The position numbers and the translations under genes were made by a program. Source: Pelagomonas calceolata (Eukaryota). Taken from it: DNA of 64,000 bases. Where the stretch lies: contig CAKKNE010000005.1 of the NCBI GenBank assembly GCA_918797485.1, positions 4,402,001-4,466,000 on the forward strand, given 5' to 3'. The stretch's first letter is position 1. The number at the start of each line of letters is the position of its first letter. Shown piece by piece: positions 62,988-64,000 of this stretch. The notes under the pieces were generated by a model. It saw only the letters and a list, made by a program, of their open reading frames with translations, did no database searches and was not told the origin of the DNA.

Positions 62988-63246
62988 ACTTGTTGCTGTT
63001 TGTTGCTGCTTCGTTCGCTCTTGTTTGCGGTGGCACCGGCTGCCCCTCGGCGCCGCGCGGGATACGCTGTCGTTTGGTACCTTCCCAGTGCTTCGGCAGT
63101 GGGGACTGCGGCTTTTACGCGCCTTCACGCTCGCTTGGCGTTATGAGAGCACCCCACTAGGCGTGGCCGCCTCTCCGGGCGGCTCGCGAGTCCTGCTACC
63201 CTCTTGAAGCGGTGGCGAGGGGTGCGGCGAGAGATGCGTCGTGCTT

Positions 63247-63270
63247 GCTAGTGTCTTACAGGCCGCTAGC
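63247..63270 (+). promoter_or_regulatory. CTAG-bracketed upstream element
   Basis: gctagtgtcttacaggccgctagc between divergent genes. Confidence 0.7.
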
Positions 63271-63737
63271 CGGGCTCTCGATTCCACAGTTAAAATTAGC
63301 CACGTGGTGCGCGGCGCAGTGATATTTATGTTCAAATCCGGGCGTGGTCGGTGGTTCCTGACTTCACTCGCAAGCGCTCGTATCGAAGACGCAGCGAAAT
63401 CTGAGCCAGCGGCCGCGCATGAGGCATTTCCGAGGCTACTGACCTGGAATATGGCTCTCCAAGCACGCCCCGCGAAGCTCCGCCTATCGGCGCGCGCTCA
63501 TTTCGCTGCGCACAGCCCTCCTGTCGCGTTTGCGCTCTTCCTTGCTGGTTATGCTTCGTTTTCTCGCCTGGCCGCCCGCGGCCGACCCACACTTGGAGGG
63601 GACCCACACTTGGAGGGTGACGCCGTCGAGGCGCGACGATGGTCTGGCGAGGGTCAGCTTCGAGAGTTCCAGCACGCCATCGACGCGACGTCTCGGTACC
63701 CGCGCAGACTCACATCACCTCGCTCCTCTCCATCACC

Positions 63738-64000
63738 ATGGCCCTCGTCGAACCCGAGCTCTTCATCAAGATATTCTGCGTCGTTATGGGTATGTACGGC
63801 CTCCAGATGCTCGCCGTGCCGGCGAAGATGGTCACGGACCACTTCGACGCGCCGGCGACGCCGCTCCTCCAGTTCTGGATCCGGGGCTCATCGTGCGCCT
63901 TCCTCACGATCGTCTACCTCGTCAAGTTCAAGCTCGCCACGGAGGACGCCGTCCCCGTCGCCCTGGCCATGAGCGTCGCGTGCGGCGCGCTCTACCCGTG
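63738..64000 (+). CDS. Small membrane protein, 3'-incomplete
   Basis: ATG 63738: MALVEPELFIKIFCVVMGMYGLQMLAVPAKMVTDHF...; GC3 bias. Confidence 0.7.
   Translation, partial: MALVEPELFIKIFCVVMGMYGLQMLAVPAKMVTDHFDAPATPLLQFWIRGSSCAFLTIVYLVKFKLATEDAVPVALAMSVACGALYP

Noticed and set aside
1..64000. tRNA, rRNA genes or bacterial contamination
   Set aside because: No cloverleaf or rRNA signatures seen by eye. Spliceosomal introns and eukaryote-specific genes flank the prokaryote-like genes.

Overview
Gene-dense, very GC-rich eukaryotic nuclear DNA. It most likely comes from a pelagophyte alga (Pelagomonas/Aureococcus-like), inferred from bipartite plastid-targeting leaders, introner-type introns and a MYND/RING/helical-repeat family I recall as expanded in this group. 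About 38 compact genes or gene fragments are present, including GnT-I, Mini-III RNase, an XRN-like nuclease, Spg1/Tem1, CEP57- and CEP104-like proteins, a SHAQKYF MYB, a cyclophilin, DHAR, a Rab32-like GTPase, dPGM and a prokaryotic-type class II HMG-CoA reductase. Main highlights: (1) a spliced gene joining ankyrin, coiled-coil, a RelA/SpoT-type alarmone-synthetase-like domain and LRRs, a receptor-like architecture; (2) six TIR-bounded introner insertions of graded age, whose splicing restores reading frames; (3) a conserved GCTAGTGTCTTAC-Nx-CGCTAGC element in 13 intergenic positions, mostly 150-260 bp upstream of a start codon; (4) a foreign-looking ORF with an endonuclease-VII-like C-terminus sitting inside a decayed tandem gene copy; (5) a short TSD-flanked dispersed element present in two copies. 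All protein calls come from motif recognition by eye; no searches were run.
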